A stretch of DNA of 64,000 nucleotides from Candidatus Binatia bacterium (GTDB lineage Bacteria > Desulfobacterota > Binatia > Bin18), in contig OY761159.2 of assembly GCA_963664395.2 (NCBI GenBank), positions 2,848,001 to 2,912,000 of the forward strand. The letters are read 5' to 3'. Position numbers and translations under genes: made by a program. Every line of letters starts with the position of its first letter. The first letter of the stretch is position 1. The notes under the pieces were generated by a model, which had not been told where the DNA came from, did no database searches, and was given only the letters and a program-made list of their open reading frames with translations. Shown here one piece after another: positions 1-9,693 of this stretch.

Positions 1-537
1 GGTGGGACCGCGTTAGGCGCGGCAATTCGCACTGGGCTGTCGGCCTTTGAAGATCAGCCTGGCAAACATCACGCTCTTATCATTATCACCGATGGTGAAG
101 ACCATGACGGACAGGTTCAGTCGGCCAGTCAGCAGGCGGCAGAAAAAGGGATTACCGTGTATACGGTCGGGGTCGGCACCCCGGAAGGCGAACTGATTCC
201 CCTCAGCGTTGATGGCAGACGGACCTTTCTAAAAGACCGACAGGGGCAGGTCGTCAAGTCGCGTTTGGATACGGAAACCTTACAGCATATTGCGCTGACA
301 ACTGGCGGCGCCTATGTCTACGATTCCGGACCAAGTCTGGGCCTTGGGGAAGTCTATACACGCTATCTGAGCCAGCTTGAAAAGCGAGAACTCACCTCAG
401 CGCTGGAGCGGCGCTATGCAGAACGCTTTCAACTCCCTCTCACTTTAGGTCTCATCCTCCTCGCCCTGGAAGCATGTATTCGGGACCGGCGTTCTCACGG
501 GAAGCTGCACCCAAGAGAGACGGGGAGAGATTCATGA
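1..537 (+). CDS. batB: BatB-like vWA domain protein (5' truncated by window)
   Basis: Frame 1 is open from base 1: GGTALGAAI...IIITDGEDH...GITVYTVGVGT (vWA MIDAS T and D motifs), C-terminal TM helix; followed by batC/D/E-like genes. Confidence 0.8.
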   Translation, partial: GGTALGAAIRTGLSAFEDQPGKHHALIIITDGEDHDGQVQSASQQAAEKGITVYTVGVGTPEGELIPLSVDGRRTFLKDRQGQVVKSRLDTETLQHIALTTGGAYVYDSGPSLGLGEVYTRYLSQLEKRELTSALERRYAERFQLPLTLGLILLALEACIRDRRSHGKLHPRETGRDS

Positions 538-1358
538 AAATAGTGCATCACCTGCTGCTGCTGAGCTGTGCCCTCCCCTGTCTGGCCTGGACGGAGATTC
601 CACGCGGCCAGGTTGTTGAAGGGAACCGCTTATTCCACGCAGGTAAATTTACCGACGCGACCGAACACTATGGCCAAGCATTAGTCGATCACCCCGATTC
701 TCCAGTTCTCAATTTCAATATGGGAACTGCGCACTATAAAGCTGGAAAGTACACGGAAGCACTCTCATCTTTCTCACGCGTACAACCGAGCTCTGAAGAT
801 TCCGAACGGACAGCGAAGACCGCCTATAATACCGGGAATGCCCATTATAAAATGGGCGTGCATGCAGAGGAGCAAAATCCTCAAGCGTCCCTTGCGGCCT
901 ATACCGCCGCCTTGGCCTCGTATCGCCGGGCGCTAGGCGCTGACCCAACAGATCAAGATGCAAAGTTCAACTATGAGTTTGTGACCAAGAAGATCGAAGA
1001 GCTGCAAGACAAACTTGAGAACCAGCAGAACCAGCAGAACCAGCAGAACCAACAGGAACAAGAAGAGCAACAAAAGCAACAAGAGCAACAACAGGCCGAA
1101 CAGGACGCGCAGCAAGAGCAGCAAGAGCAGCAGGAGCAGCAAGAGCAGCAGGAGCAGCAACACGCCGGGGGACCGGCAGAGGAATCCTCTCGGGCAGAGC
1201 AGGAAAGGCACGCCGGCCAATCGCCCCAGGATCAACACAACCAGATGTCGGCAGACGAAGCGCAGTCTGTCATCGATACGGCTCGCAACGAAGAACTCAG
1301 CCCGGAGGAGTTTGCCCGGCAAGTCCAACGCGGAGCTGAGGCGTTACGAGATTGGTAG
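534..1358 (+). CDS. batC: BatC-like TPR protein with Q/E-rich linker
   Basis: Signal peptide, TPRs (FNMGTAHYKAGKY, YNTGNAHY), DAKFNYE motif, Gln-rich tail; ATG 534 overlaps batB stop (ATGA). Confidence 0.8.
   Translation: MKIVHHLLLLSCALPCLAWTEIPRGQVVEGNRLFHAGKFTDATEHYGQALVDHPDSPVLNFNMGTAHYKAGKYTEALSSFSRVQPSSEDSERTAKTAYNTGNAHYKMGVHAEEQNPQASLAAYTAALASYRRALGADPTDQDAKFNYEFVTKKIEELQDKLENQQNQQNQQNQQEQEEQQKQQEQQQAEQDAQQEQQEQQEQQEQQEQQHAGGPAEESSRAEQERHAGQSPQDQHNQMSADEAQSVIDTARNEELSPEEFARQVQRGAEALRDW
1020..1160 (+). repeat. Coding 9-bp tandem repeats (AACCAGCAG, CAAGAGCAG/CAGGAGCAG)
   Basis: Encodes NQQ/QEQ low-complexity linker of BatC. Confidence 0.9.
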
Positions 1359-1367
1359 GGAAGAAGG

Positions 1368-3224
1368 ATGGACAGGAGAGCGTTTATTCCCCCACTGTTC
1401 CTGGTGTTCGGACTTCTCTGGCCGGCTCCGTCCAGCGCGTCGGATGTGAGTGCGCTGGCCTCCGTCCGTCCGCAGCGTGCAACAGTCGGTGAGGCGTTGA
1501 CGCTGTCCATTGAAGTAAGGGGAGCCCAGAAAGCTCCTGCCCCTCCTCTCAACATTGACGGATTCGAGAGTCGTTATCTTGGCCCCTCAACACGAGTATC
1601 TATCAGGGATGGGCACGTTGCAGCGGCTGTCCAGCATCGCTACTCTCTCGTAGCGCTCAAGCCGGGACAGTTCACCCTGGGTCCATTTACCGTGGAACAT
1701 CAGGGGCAGCAGTATCACACCGACCCGCTGACCGTCACGATTGCAGCCGCCCAGGGCTCACCCCCGTCAACTGCTCCCCCTCCTTCCGGCAGACAGTCCT
1801 CCCCCGCTCAACCCCTTCCTCAAGAAGCGGACGGCCAAAACGGGCTGAGTCTTCAGCTCTCAATCCCACGCCAAGAAGTCTACCTGCATGAACGTATCCC
1901 CGTTCAGGTCAAGCTCTATGTGGGGGCCGCCCGCGTATCCGACGTCCAGTATCCAAAATTCAGCCCAGCTGGTTTTTCTGTTGAGCCTTTCCCGGAACCT
2001 GCACAGGATCGGCAGACGCTCAACGGTCAGATATTCACCGTTCTTCATTTTGACACGGAGGTCATTCCACTTCGTTCCGGGAGCTTGGCACTCGGTCCGG
2101 CGAGCCTCCAGCTCAACGTCCTCACGCGTCGCCGGGGCGGCTCGTCCTTTAGCGACCCGTTCTTTGATCGTTTTTTTCAGAATGACTTCTTTTCGACACT
2201 TTCTTCTGAGCGGCAGCAGCTCACGCTGCGTTCCGCTCCGCTCACCCTCACTGTGCTCCCCCTTCCGGAGGCAGGAAAACCAGACAATTTCTCAGGCGCG
2301 GTCGGCGCGTTTGACTTGGACGTAACAGCGGCGCCGCAGGACCTGTCTGTTGGAGACCCGATTACTGTCCGTATGCGCATTAACGGAACTGGCCATCTTG
2401 CGGATGCTGCCGCGCCCACGTTTGTGAATACCGACGGGTTCCGCACGTATGCGCCGATTGCCGGGAAAACGAACGGAGCAACAAAATCCTTTGAGCAAGT
2501 GCTCATTCCACAGGACCAGACGTTAGCCGCCGTTCCCGTGGTCCAGTTCAGTTATTTCGATCCTCAGACCCGGCGCTATCGGACACTCGAAAGCCAAGCT
2601 ATTGCCCTCGTCGTTCGCCCGCCGAAAACCACTCCAGTCATCACCGGCCACACAGATATACCGCGCAGTCAGGGCGATCAGGAAGCGCTCGGTCAGGACA
2701 TTGTGTATATCAAAGACGAGGCCGGCCCCCTCGTTCCGCAAGCCGGGCCGTGGTATCGCAGCGTTGGTTTTCTTCTGTGGCACCCCCTCCCGGTGCTGCT
2801 CTTTCTCGGTGCGTGGTGGTACGACCAGCGGCGCCGCCGGCTGAGTGGCGATAGTCGCTATGCCCGCTTTACAGCAGCGGGGAAACAGGCGCGCCGGGGC
2901 TTGGCTGAAGCACAGCGCCAACTCACACAAGGGGAGTATCAGGCATTTTACACAACGATTGCGCGCATGCTCCAAGCATATATGTCCGCCAAGCTCGGGC
3001 TGCCCCCAGGCGGTATTGAATCGGAGGCACTGCGAAATAGCGGCGTCTCTCCGGCATGTATTCAGCAGATCGAGAGGGTGTGGGAGACGTGTGAAAACAT
3101 CCGTTTCGCTCAAGGAACGGCAGAATCAATGAGAGAAAAAAGTCACGAGACCATGTCCTTCGTCCGTCATATTATTGACCGGCTTGAACACGATCATCGT
3201 CAGTTTCACACTCTTGCCACGTAG
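1368..3224 (+). CDS. batD: BatD (oxygen tolerance) family protein
   Basis: Signal peptide, Ig-like repeats, FSGAVGAF and YFDP motifs, TM helix, cytoplasmic C-terminal domain; bat operon context. Confidence 0.85.
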   Translation: MDRRAFIPPLFLVFGLLWPAPSSASDVSALASVRPQRATVGEALTLSIEVRGAQKAPAPPLNIDGFESRYLGPSTRVSIRDGHVAAAVQHRYSLVALKPGQFTLGPFTVEHQGQQYHTDPLTVTIAAAQGSPPSTAPPPSGRQSSPAQPLPQEADGQNGLSLQLSIPRQEVYLHERIPVQVKLYVGAARVSDVQYPKFSPAGFSVEPFPEPAQDRQTLNGQIFTVLHFDTEVIPLRSGSLALGPASLQLNVLTRRRGGSSFSDPFFDRFFQNDFFSTLSSERQQLTLRSAPLTLTVLPLPEAGKPDNFSGAVGAFDLDVTAAPQDLSVGDPITVRMRINGTGHLADAAAPTFVNTDGFRTYAPIAGKTNGATKSFEQVLIPQDQTLAAVPVVQFSYFDPQTRRYRTLESQAIALVVRPPKTTPVITGHTDIPRSQGDQEALGQDIVYIKDEAGPLVPQAGPWYRSVGFLLWHPLPVLLFLGAWWYDQRRRRLSGDSRYARFTAAGKQARRGLAEAQRQLTQGEYQAFYTTIARMLQAYMSAKLGLPPGGIESEALRNSGVSPACIQQIERVWETCENIRFAQGTAESMREKSHETMSFVRHIIDRLEHDHRQFHTLAT

Positions 3225-3236
3225 CACCACAGGATC

Positions 3237-4028
3237 ATGAGACCGCCCCAATTTTACCGACTGCGGCACTTGCCACGCTTGCGATTTTCTCTGCTCAGCT
3301 GTGTCTGTATTTTCTGGGCGGCTTCGATTTCCCTGGCAGCTCCAACGCCGCCTCAGACCGCTTTTTTCCGCGCCAATAGCCTCTACACCCAAGGGCAGTA
3401 CGCCGAGGCGGTCGAGGCATACGAAGCGGTGCTTCAGTCCGGCCTCGCCAGCGGCAATGTATATTTCAATCTTGGCAACGCCTATTTCAAGGCAGGCCAG
3501 GCAGGGAGAGCCATTCTGAATTATGAGCGGGCACGACGCTTCCTCCCCAGTGATCCGGATGTGGCAGCCAACCTGCAATTCGCCCGCTCGCGCACGGGCG
3601 CTGAGACCTGCCATCCCCTCCTCTGGCAGCGCCTTCTTTTTCCTCTTGCCCATATCCTCGCAACAGACCAATTGGTGTGGCTTACCAGTGTGGCTTATAC
3701 TCTGCTCTTCGCGGTTTTTGCCGCGTACCGTCTGTGGCGGCGGCCGCCGCTCCTGCACGCCGGCTGGGGATTGGCCGCACTCCTTGTTGTGCTGACGCCC
3801 TCGCTGCTGCAACGGCTCTGGACGAGCGATTGGCAGCGACACGCAATAGTCCTCGCACAAGAAGACAATCCGGTGCGTTTCGAGCCGGCTCCGAGTGGTA
3901 CGGTTCATTTCTCCGTCACCCAGGGCACGTTGGTACAGGTGCTCGATATCCGAGAAGACTGGTGGCAAGTCGCCCGCTGCGATGGGCGGCGCGGCTGGAT
4001 TGAGAAAGACGCGCTTGAAGAGCTATAG
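3237..4028 (+). CDS. batE: BatE-like TPR + SH3 domain protein
   Basis: YFNLGNAYFK...GRAILNYERA TPR, two TM helices, C-terminal SH3b (WWQV...GRRGWI). Confidence 0.85.
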   Translation: MRPPQFYRLRHLPRLRFSLLSCVCIFWAASISLAAPTPPQTAFFRANSLYTQGQYAEAVEAYEAVLQSGLASGNVYFNLGNAYFKAGQAGRAILNYERARRFLPSDPDVAANLQFARSRTGAETCHPLLWQRLLFPLAHILATDQLVWLTSVAYTLLFAVFAAYRLWRRPPLLHAGWGLAALLVVLTPSLLQRLWTSDWQRHAIVLAQEDNPVRFEPAPSGTVHFSVTQGTLVQVLDIREDWWQVARCDGRRGWIEKDALEEL

Positions 4029-4039
4029 AGAGAGGAACC

Positions 4040-4147
4040 ATGACCGCTCTCGGCTGGATATTCTTCACCGGCACTATCGTTGTCCTTGCCCTCGGCCTGT
4101 ACATCTACATGCAGGATAGAATGGCCGACAAGCAGCACAGACACTGA
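4040..4147 (+). CDS. Small single-pass membrane protein (35 aa)
   Basis: AGAGGA RBS then ATG; MTALGWIFFTGTIVVLALGLYIYMQDRMADKQHRH*; below ORF-track cutoff. Confidence 0.6.
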   Translation: MTALGWIFFTGTIVVLALGLYIYMQDRMADKQHRH

Positions 4148-4223
4148 TACGCCGACATTTCCGTATTGCCGGCTATTTTAGTCGTCTTTTCCCCTCTTGT
4201 CCCGTCTTGTCCCGTCTTGCCCC

Positions 4224-4634
4224 TCACTGTTCGGGCCGGAATTTGACCAGGGTTATTGCCTCGCTCACATCCTCAAAGGATGTCACAACCGGCATTCCAA
4301 TCGTCACCTGGTCAGGCTGGCAGCCGACGAGGTTTGTCGTGATATGCGGGCCTTCTGCCAGCTCAACAATGGCGATGACGTAGGGCACATCATTGGCAAA
4401 GGCCGGGTGCGTCGGAGCCTGGGCAATGGTGTAGGAATACAGCGTGCCTTTCCCGGACACGGGAATCCAGATGAGGTCGGCGGCTAAGCATTCCGAACAG
4501 GCTTCACGCGGGTAAAAGACATAGGTCCCACACGCATTGCAGCGCTGAATCTGGAGTTCATGCCGTTTGGCCGCATCCCAAAAGGGTTGAGAGACTTCAT
4601 TCGGATGGGGCAGGGGTTTGTTATAGTCACTCAT
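4224..4634 (-). CDS. Zn-ribbon/OB-fold protein (DUF35/ChsH2-like)
   Basis: PFWDAA, QRCNACG...PREACSEC, SGKGTLYSYT, PYVIAIVELAEG; adjacent to thiolase. Confidence 0.9.
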   Translation of the reverse strand: MSDYNKPLPHPNEVSQPFWDAAKRHELQIQRCNACGTYVFYPREACSECLAADLIWIPVSGKGTLYSYTIAQAPTHPAFANDVPYVIAIVELAEGPHITTNLVGCQPDQVTIGMPVVTSFEDVSEAITLVKFRPEQ

Positions 4635-4652
4635 AGTTTTCCTCTCCGTCGG

Positions 4653-5804
4653 CTAGGCACCCAATACCAGGCTGCACTGCTCAGCCATAATACCGCCGTT
4701 GCCGTTCACATAACCGATGGCGGCATCTTTGACCTGCCGCTCTCCCCCGCGTCCCATGAGCTGCCGCGCACCCTCAATGACATGACTCATACCCCCCGCG
4801 AGTCCCGGCTGCCCAAAAGACAGTTGGCCGCCGTGGGTATTGCACGGAAAGTCACCCGCGTAGGACAGGTCGTGGTCTGCAACAAACCGCCCGCCTTCGC
4901 CTTTTTCACAGAAACCCGCATCTTCGAGGGTGACGATAACGGTGATGGTGTAACAGTCGTAGGGCTGCACAAAGTCCATGTCCTGCGGTGTGGCGTCGGC
5001 CATGTGAAAGGCGGCTTCCGCAGCCGGTTTGACTAACGAGGTCGTCAGGCTGCGCGCATGGGTAATGCTGGAATGGCCGCCGGCCTCACCGGCTCCGAGT
5101 AAGACGACCGGCTTGTTCGGGCCGTCTTTGGCCCGTTCGGTGCTGGTGACAATAAACGCCCCACCCCCGGTACACGGACTGACGATCTCAAGCAGGTGCA
5201 AGGGATCGACAATCATGCGAGAGTTCAGCACATCATCAATTTCGATTTCTTTGCTCCCGAACAGGGCGCTCGGGTTTTTACAGGCGCTCTTGCGTTGATC
5301 GACCGCAACCTTGGCCATGTGTTCGGCAGTGGTGCCGTATTCATGCTTATGGCGTTGGGCAATCAACGCATAGCCGGGGTTGGCTGCAATCAAGCCATAG
5401 GGTGCATCGAATTCGGCCTCAATACTCGGGAAGGGCGGCATTTGCCGGGCGCGGGCGCGCCGGTCACCCAATACGCACAGCACGGTAGTGCACATGCCGG
5501 CTTCAATGGCCGCGGCGGCCCGCCAGACCATACCCGCGGCAGAGGCGCCGCCCAGTTCGACCTGGTTGAAATAGGTAGGACGGATTTGCAGGTAATCGGC
5601 CACCACCGACGGCCACAGCACGCTATAGTCACTCAGCGCCCAGCCGGTCAGCAGGCCGTCAATAGCGTTCTTTTCCAGACCGGCATCAGCAATGGCCTCG
5701 CGTGCCATATTGGCGATAATCCCCAGCGGGGTAATATCGCCCGCGCCTTTTTGTGGAGCCATTTCGGCAAATCCAGAAATTGCAGCTTTTCCCTTGATAC
5801 TCAT
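4653..5804 (-). CDS. Thiolase-family protein (SCP-x/lipid-transfer type)
   Basis: GGASA, YDCYT, NTHGGQLS, GNGG motifs; AGGAGG RBS before ATG 5804. Confidence 0.85.
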   Translation of the reverse strand: MSIKGKAAISGFAEMAPQKGAGDITPLGIIANMAREAIADAGLEKNAIDGLLTGWALSDYSVLWPSVVADYLQIRPTYFNQVELGGASAAGMVWRAAAAIEAGMCTTVLCVLGDRRARARQMPPFPSIEAEFDAPYGLIAANPGYALIAQRHKHEYGTTAEHMAKVAVDQRKSACKNPSALFGSKEIEIDDVLNSRMIVDPLHLLEIVSPCTGGGAFIVTSTERAKDGPNKPVVLLGAGEAGGHSSITHARSLTTSLVKPAAEAAFHMADATPQDMDFVQPYDCYTITVIVTLEDAGFCEKGEGGRFVADHDLSYAGDFPCNTHGGQLSFGQPGLAGGMSHVIEGARQLMGRGGERQVKDAAIGYVNGNGGIMAEQCSLVLGA

Positions 5805-5915
5805 ACGTCCCCTCCTGTGCATAACAAACGCCCATCCTTAATAGCGCAGTCGATGGGTGGGGGAAAGGAAAGGGAGAGATTTAGCGTACTCGTCTATTCC
5901 GCTAAAGAGGCGGAG

Positions 5916-6155
5916 TCATAGCCAACCACGAAACCCATCAGTCATCAGTGCTGAACCGGACAACGGACTGCCCAGACGCTGCCGAAAATCGTGACCAAGA
6001 AAGGCGTGCGCGGCAATATGCATCACTAATGGACCCAGGGTTGGAATAAGATCAAATGTCCCCTCCTCGCCCAGGCGTTTCATGAGGGCAAAGGTTTCGT
6101 CGGCCATGGTTGTCACATGCCGGTGCATCTTAGGAGGAAATGCGTGATCTGCCAT
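5916..6155 (-). pseudogene. Cytochrome P450 (CYP51-like) fragment
   Basis: KMHRHVTTMADET...LGEEGTFDL...LVMHIAAHAFLGHDFRQRLG resembles the C-E helix region of CYP51-type P450s; only 79 aa, no heme Cys motif. Confidence 0.55.
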
Positions 6156-6247
6156 AAACGCCCTCCATGAAGAAACGTGTGGATCGTTTCAAAACGACTC
6201 TAGCGCGGGGAGGAGGGCGGGGCAAATAGGGGGTGCGGAAATATTTT

Positions 6248-6715
6248 CTACGTCTCAGGCTTGCGGTAGAATTCAACGTAAAATCGCACTGCACCTTCGG
6301 GCTGGACATAATGGACAATTTCGGGCGCAATAATGCCGACATGATCAGAATCTAGGATGAATACTGCGCTGATGGGCTCTGCAACGACGTACCTGAGTTG
6401 TCCGGCCAGGACCTGAATCTTGGCCCATACACCCGGTTTCGTCGCGTGAGATGAGGTGAGTCCGGCCGGAACGGACTCAGCATGAAAGACAGCCGTTCTC
6501 TTGTAAGGAATGAAGTCGTCGGGCAGTTCGAGCTCGGCACACCGGATACAATTGAGCAGTACTCCAAGCTTTGACGCTCGCCCGTCTTCGGTGGCGACCC
6601 AGGGGCGGTTTTCAAAAGGCGGGTTGTGGCGCACATGTTGCCCATGACCACAGGCGAGGTCGGCGACCCAATCATTTTTCGGATCAGGATGAAAGCCTAT
6701 GATTTTTCTCTCCAT
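6248..6715 (-). CDS. DUF3565 + DUF1971 (TehB/YeaR-like cupin) fusion
   Basis: IIGFH...WVADLACGHGQHVRHNPP then YKRTAVF...H ATKPGVWAKI...VHYV...VEFY. Confidence 0.75.
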   Translation of the reverse strand: MERKIIGFHPDPKNDWVADLACGHGQHVRHNPPFENRPWVATEDGRASKLGVLLNCIRCAELELPDDFIPYKRTAVFHAESVPAGLTSSHATKPGVWAKIQVLAGQLRYVVAEPISAVFILDSDHVGIIAPEIVHYVQPEGAVRFYVEFYRKPET

Positions 6716-6729
6716 AGGGAATGAACGCT

Positions 6730-7359
6730 CTAGTTGTGGATAATCGCCCGTTGTGCTCGGAGGAAAAATCGGAGTCGCATACCCATTGCGAGCAATAGAT
6801 AGCCGAGCCACAAGAAGAGCACAGCCTGCTCAAGAGGGTAGGGAAAAAGTTGCTGCCGCAGCGCGGCGTGACATGCCATAATACCGGTACCGACGTAATT
6901 CAGCACGCCGGCCCAGTGCCCGATTGGATTGGACACGAGCGTGATAGACGTTTCTCGTTTGGATAACCACCACGAGTCAAGCGTATACTGACCAAAGGCG
7001 CACCCAACTGCACACGGAATCCACCACGGAACCATTCCGCTATACGCCAGGTAGGTCAGGGTCACGAGCAGGAAGGTAATATCCGCCAAATTATCGAGAA
7101 TTTTACCCCAGTCAGAACTCAGGCCTAACGCCCTCGCAACCGGGCCGTCATAGTAATCGCTGGCGCAGATAACCACAAAGAGCCCGCCCACACAGCCCGC
7201 CCGTAACAGCGTTGGCTGCTGTCTGCTGTATTCAATAGCGAGGAGAAATACCGGGGTCAGGACGAGTCGCACACCGGTGAGGAGGTGGGCAAAATTAAAC
7301 GGCCGGTGGTCTTCAATAAACAGCGTGGCCATATGCGTACTCCCTCTTCCGGCAACCAT
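6730..7359 (-). CDS. CDP-alcohol phosphatidyltransferase family protein
   Basis: DYYDGPVARALGLSSDWGKILDNLAD signature; multiple TM helices; start may be ATG 7332. Confidence 0.85.
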   Translation of the reverse strand: MVAGRGSTHMATLFIEDHRPFNFAHLLTGVRLVLTPVFLLAIEYSRQQPTLLRAGCVGGLFVVICASDYYDGPVARALGLSSDWGKILDNLADITFLLVTLTYLAYSGMVPWWIPCAVGCAFGQYTLDSWWLSKRETSITLVSNPIGHWAGVLNYVGTGIMACHAALRQQLFPYPLEQAVLFLWLGYLLLAMGMRLRFFLRAQRAIIHN

Positions 7360-7434
7360 GTCGCCCGCCCGGAAAAGCGCCGAAACGATAATGCCAAACT
7401 GAACGCTTCCCGCTCGTGCGGGGCGAGGGAATCG

Positions 7435-8016
7435 CTACTGTTGCGCCGCGGGTGCTGTCCCCGGCACCTCGACCTGTTGCGGATCACTTTTTTCAATCTT
7501 GAGGACTTTGACATCAAAGAAAAGCTTCTTTCCGGCGAGCGGATGGTTCAGATCAACAATAATAGTTTTCTCCTTCACCTCCGTGACCTGGGCAAACATC
7601 AGCTGGCCGTCCGGGCCTTGTCCCTGGAGTTTTTTTCCGACGCTCCGCGCCTCCTCGGGAATATTCTCTGTGGGCACTTCTTGGAAGCGATTCGGGTCAG
7701 CCTCGCCATACCCTTCTTCGGGCGAGACTTCCACTTTCTTTGTGTCGCCGGCTTTTAAGCCTGCCAGCTGTTTCTCCAGGCCCGGAACGATTCGCTGGGT
7801 GCCATGTGTATAGACTAATGGGGTTTTCCCCACATTCGTGTCAATAACAGTCTGATCTTCGAGGGTGAGCGTATATTCGAGCGAAACGCGCTTTCCGTCG
7901 CCGACCGTGTCTTGCGCGTAGCCTGAGGTCACCGCCAAGAGTCCAAGCATGAGTCCAAGACTGAGCGTGATAATAGAAATTCTCCGTTTCCCCTGCCCAT
8001 AGCGTCTAGTTCCCAT
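7435..8016 (-). CDS. FKBP-type PPIase, SlyD-like, with signal peptide
   Basis: VSLEYTL...HG...IVPGLEKQL...PEEGYG...VDLNHPLAGKKLFFDVKV; signal peptide ending GYA-Q. Confidence 0.9.
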   Translation of the reverse strand: MGTRRYGQGKRRISIITLSLGLMLGLLAVTSGYAQDTVGDGKRVSLEYTLTLEDQTVIDTNVGKTPLVYTHGTQRIVPGLEKQLAGLKAGDTKKVEVSPEEGYGEADPNRFQEVPTENIPEEARSVGKKLQGQGPDGQLMFAQVTEVKEKTIIVDLNHPLAGKKLFFDVKVLKIEKSDPQQVEVPGTAPAAQQ

Positions 8017-8074
8017 CGAGATTATCCCTCCCTATAGAGTCCACATTGGATTCAATTGCCCTGCAACAGAAGCC

Positions 8075-8611
8075 TCACGGTTGCTCAGGCGCGTTCTCCA
8101 TCTTTAATATCTTCACATCGAAGAATAATTTTTCCCCGGCCAGGGGATGGTTGGTGTCGATCCTAACCGTCTCCGCCTTGACCTCCAGAACCTCTGCATA
8201 GAGTGGCCTGCCCTCCGGGCTTCTGCCCTTAAGCTTCTCACCAACTTTCCTTCTGTCTTCAGGAATACTGTCTTTCGGCACTTCGATAATCCGTTCAGGA
8301 TCGTCCTTGCCATAGACGTCTTCAGGCGGCACTTCGAACTTTTTCGTCTCTTTCGCCTTGAGCCCAGCCAGGTATTTTGAGAAAAAAGGGACCCGTTCTT
8401 TTGAGCCATGGATATAAACCAAAGGCTCCTTTCCGACGTTCGAATCAAAAACCGTCTTATCTTCAAGTGTTACGGTGTATTCAAGCGAAACACGTTTCCC
8501 GTCAGCAACCGTCTCCTGTGCGTATCCGGGGGCATATCCAAGGACAAACACGAGGCTCAACGTCGTGAAGAAAATCCGCCCCTTCTCGCCCCCGTACAGT
8601 ATCGTCTGCAT
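8075..8611 (-). CDS. FKBP-type PPIase, SlyD-like, with signal peptide (paralog)
   Basis: VSLEYTV...IDTNHPLAGEKLFFDVKI; signal peptide ending GYA-Q. Confidence 0.85.
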   Translation of the reverse strand: MQTILYGGEKGRIFFTTLSLVFVLGYAPGYAQETVADGKRVSLEYTVTLEDKTVFDSNVGKEPLVYIHGSKERVPFFSKYLAGLKAKETKKFEVPPEDVYGKDDPERIIEVPKDSIPEDRRKVGEKLKGRSPEGRPLYAEVLEVKAETVRIDTNHPLAGEKLFFDVKILKMENAPEQP

Positions 8612-8690
8612 GTCCTTTCCTTCTCAAAAAAAAGGGCGCGAGGATACCTAGGTTTGATCCTCGTGCCCTGAATGCCGTTCCACAAACGTC

Positions 8691-8723
8691 GCTGACGGCC
8701 AGCCCGGCGGGCTGGCCGTCAGC
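8691..8723 (-). terminator. Perfect 15-bp stem-loop downstream of SDR gene
   Basis: GCTGACGGCCAGCCC-GGC-GGGCTGGCCGTCAGC; only a weak U tract. Confidence 0.55.
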
Positions 8724-8751
8724 ATAGCATACTGCCCTGGGGAGTCGAGCG

Positions 8752-9648
8752 TCACTCCATGCGCGGCGGCTTCAGATTGGAGCCCAGCGTCCCCTTGAAA
8801 ACTTTGAAGAGATGGTCCAAATCCCATGGTCCCTGACTGTAGATCGTCTTTTCGGGCTTGAGATGTGAATACAGAGAGATTTTATAGCCACTCGCCCCAA
8901 AGGCTTGCCCATTAACATACTGGGCTTCATCGCTGGCCAGGAAAATAACAATCGGGGCAACATTAGAGGGATCAAGCGGACTCCCCTGGGCAGAACCACT
9001 GCTCTCCGACAAACCCATTTCCTGCGCAAAGTTGGCCGGAATCGTATCTGTCATGCGGGTTGCCGCGCCAGGCAATATGGCATTGCAGGTAATGTTGTAC
9101 TTGGCCAGGGCGTTGGCGCTGCTATATGTCAATCCAAGGATACCGGCTTTTGCCGCGGCGTAGTTCGGCTGCCCCGGAGCGCCCAAGGCAGACCCGGAAG
9201 AGAAGTTGATAATCCGTCCGCTCTTCTGGCGTCGCATCAGGGCCGATGCCGGACGAATCGTACAGTAATGGCCCTTCAGATGGACCGCCACAACAGCGTC
9301 CCACTCTTCTTCTGTCATATTGAAGATCATACGGTCGCGCAGAATGCCGGCACAGTTGACCAGGATGTCGAGTCTGCCAAACGAATCGACTGCGGTCTGA
9401 ATCAGGTTTTCTCCACCCTGCACCGTTGCAATATTGTCCGTGTTGGCAACGGCTTCTCCGCCCGCAGCCTGGATTGCTTCAACCACTTGCTGCGCCGGAG
9501 TTTTATCTTTACCTTCGCCATCAATACTGCTGCCCAAGTCGTTCACGACGACCTGCGCGCCTTCTCTGGCCATGAGCTGAACAATACCCCGACCAATGCC
9601 TCGACCCGACCCCGTAACGACTGCAACTTTTCCGTCAAGTTTTCCCAT
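8752..9648 (-). CDS. SDR family oxidoreductase (3-hydroxyacyl-CoA dehydrogenase-like)
   Basis: TGSGRGIG, VVVNDLG, NCAGILRD, NYAAAK. Confidence 0.9.
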   Translation of the reverse strand: MGKLDGKVAVVTGSGRGIGRGIVQLMAREGAQVVVNDLGSSIDGEGKDKTPAQQVVEAIQAAGGEAVANTDNIATVQGGENLIQTAVDSFGRLDILVNCAGILRDRMIFNMTEEEWDAVVAVHLKGHYCTIRPASALMRRQKSGRIINFSSGSALGAPGQPNYAAAKAGILGLTYSSANALAKYNITCNAILPGAATRMTDTIPANFAQEMGLSESSGSAQGSPLDPSNVAPIVIFLASDEAQYVNGQAFGASGYKISLYSHLKPEKTIYSQGPWDLDHLFKVFKGTLGSNLKPPRME

Positions 9649-9693
9649 TGTGCTGCCTCCTTGTGTACTGGTTCACGGCTCTGCCCGGTGCCC

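Noticed and set aside
933-1328. Poly-Leu 'membrane protein' ORF on the minus strand
   Set aside because: Antisense shadow of the Gln-rich repeats in batC
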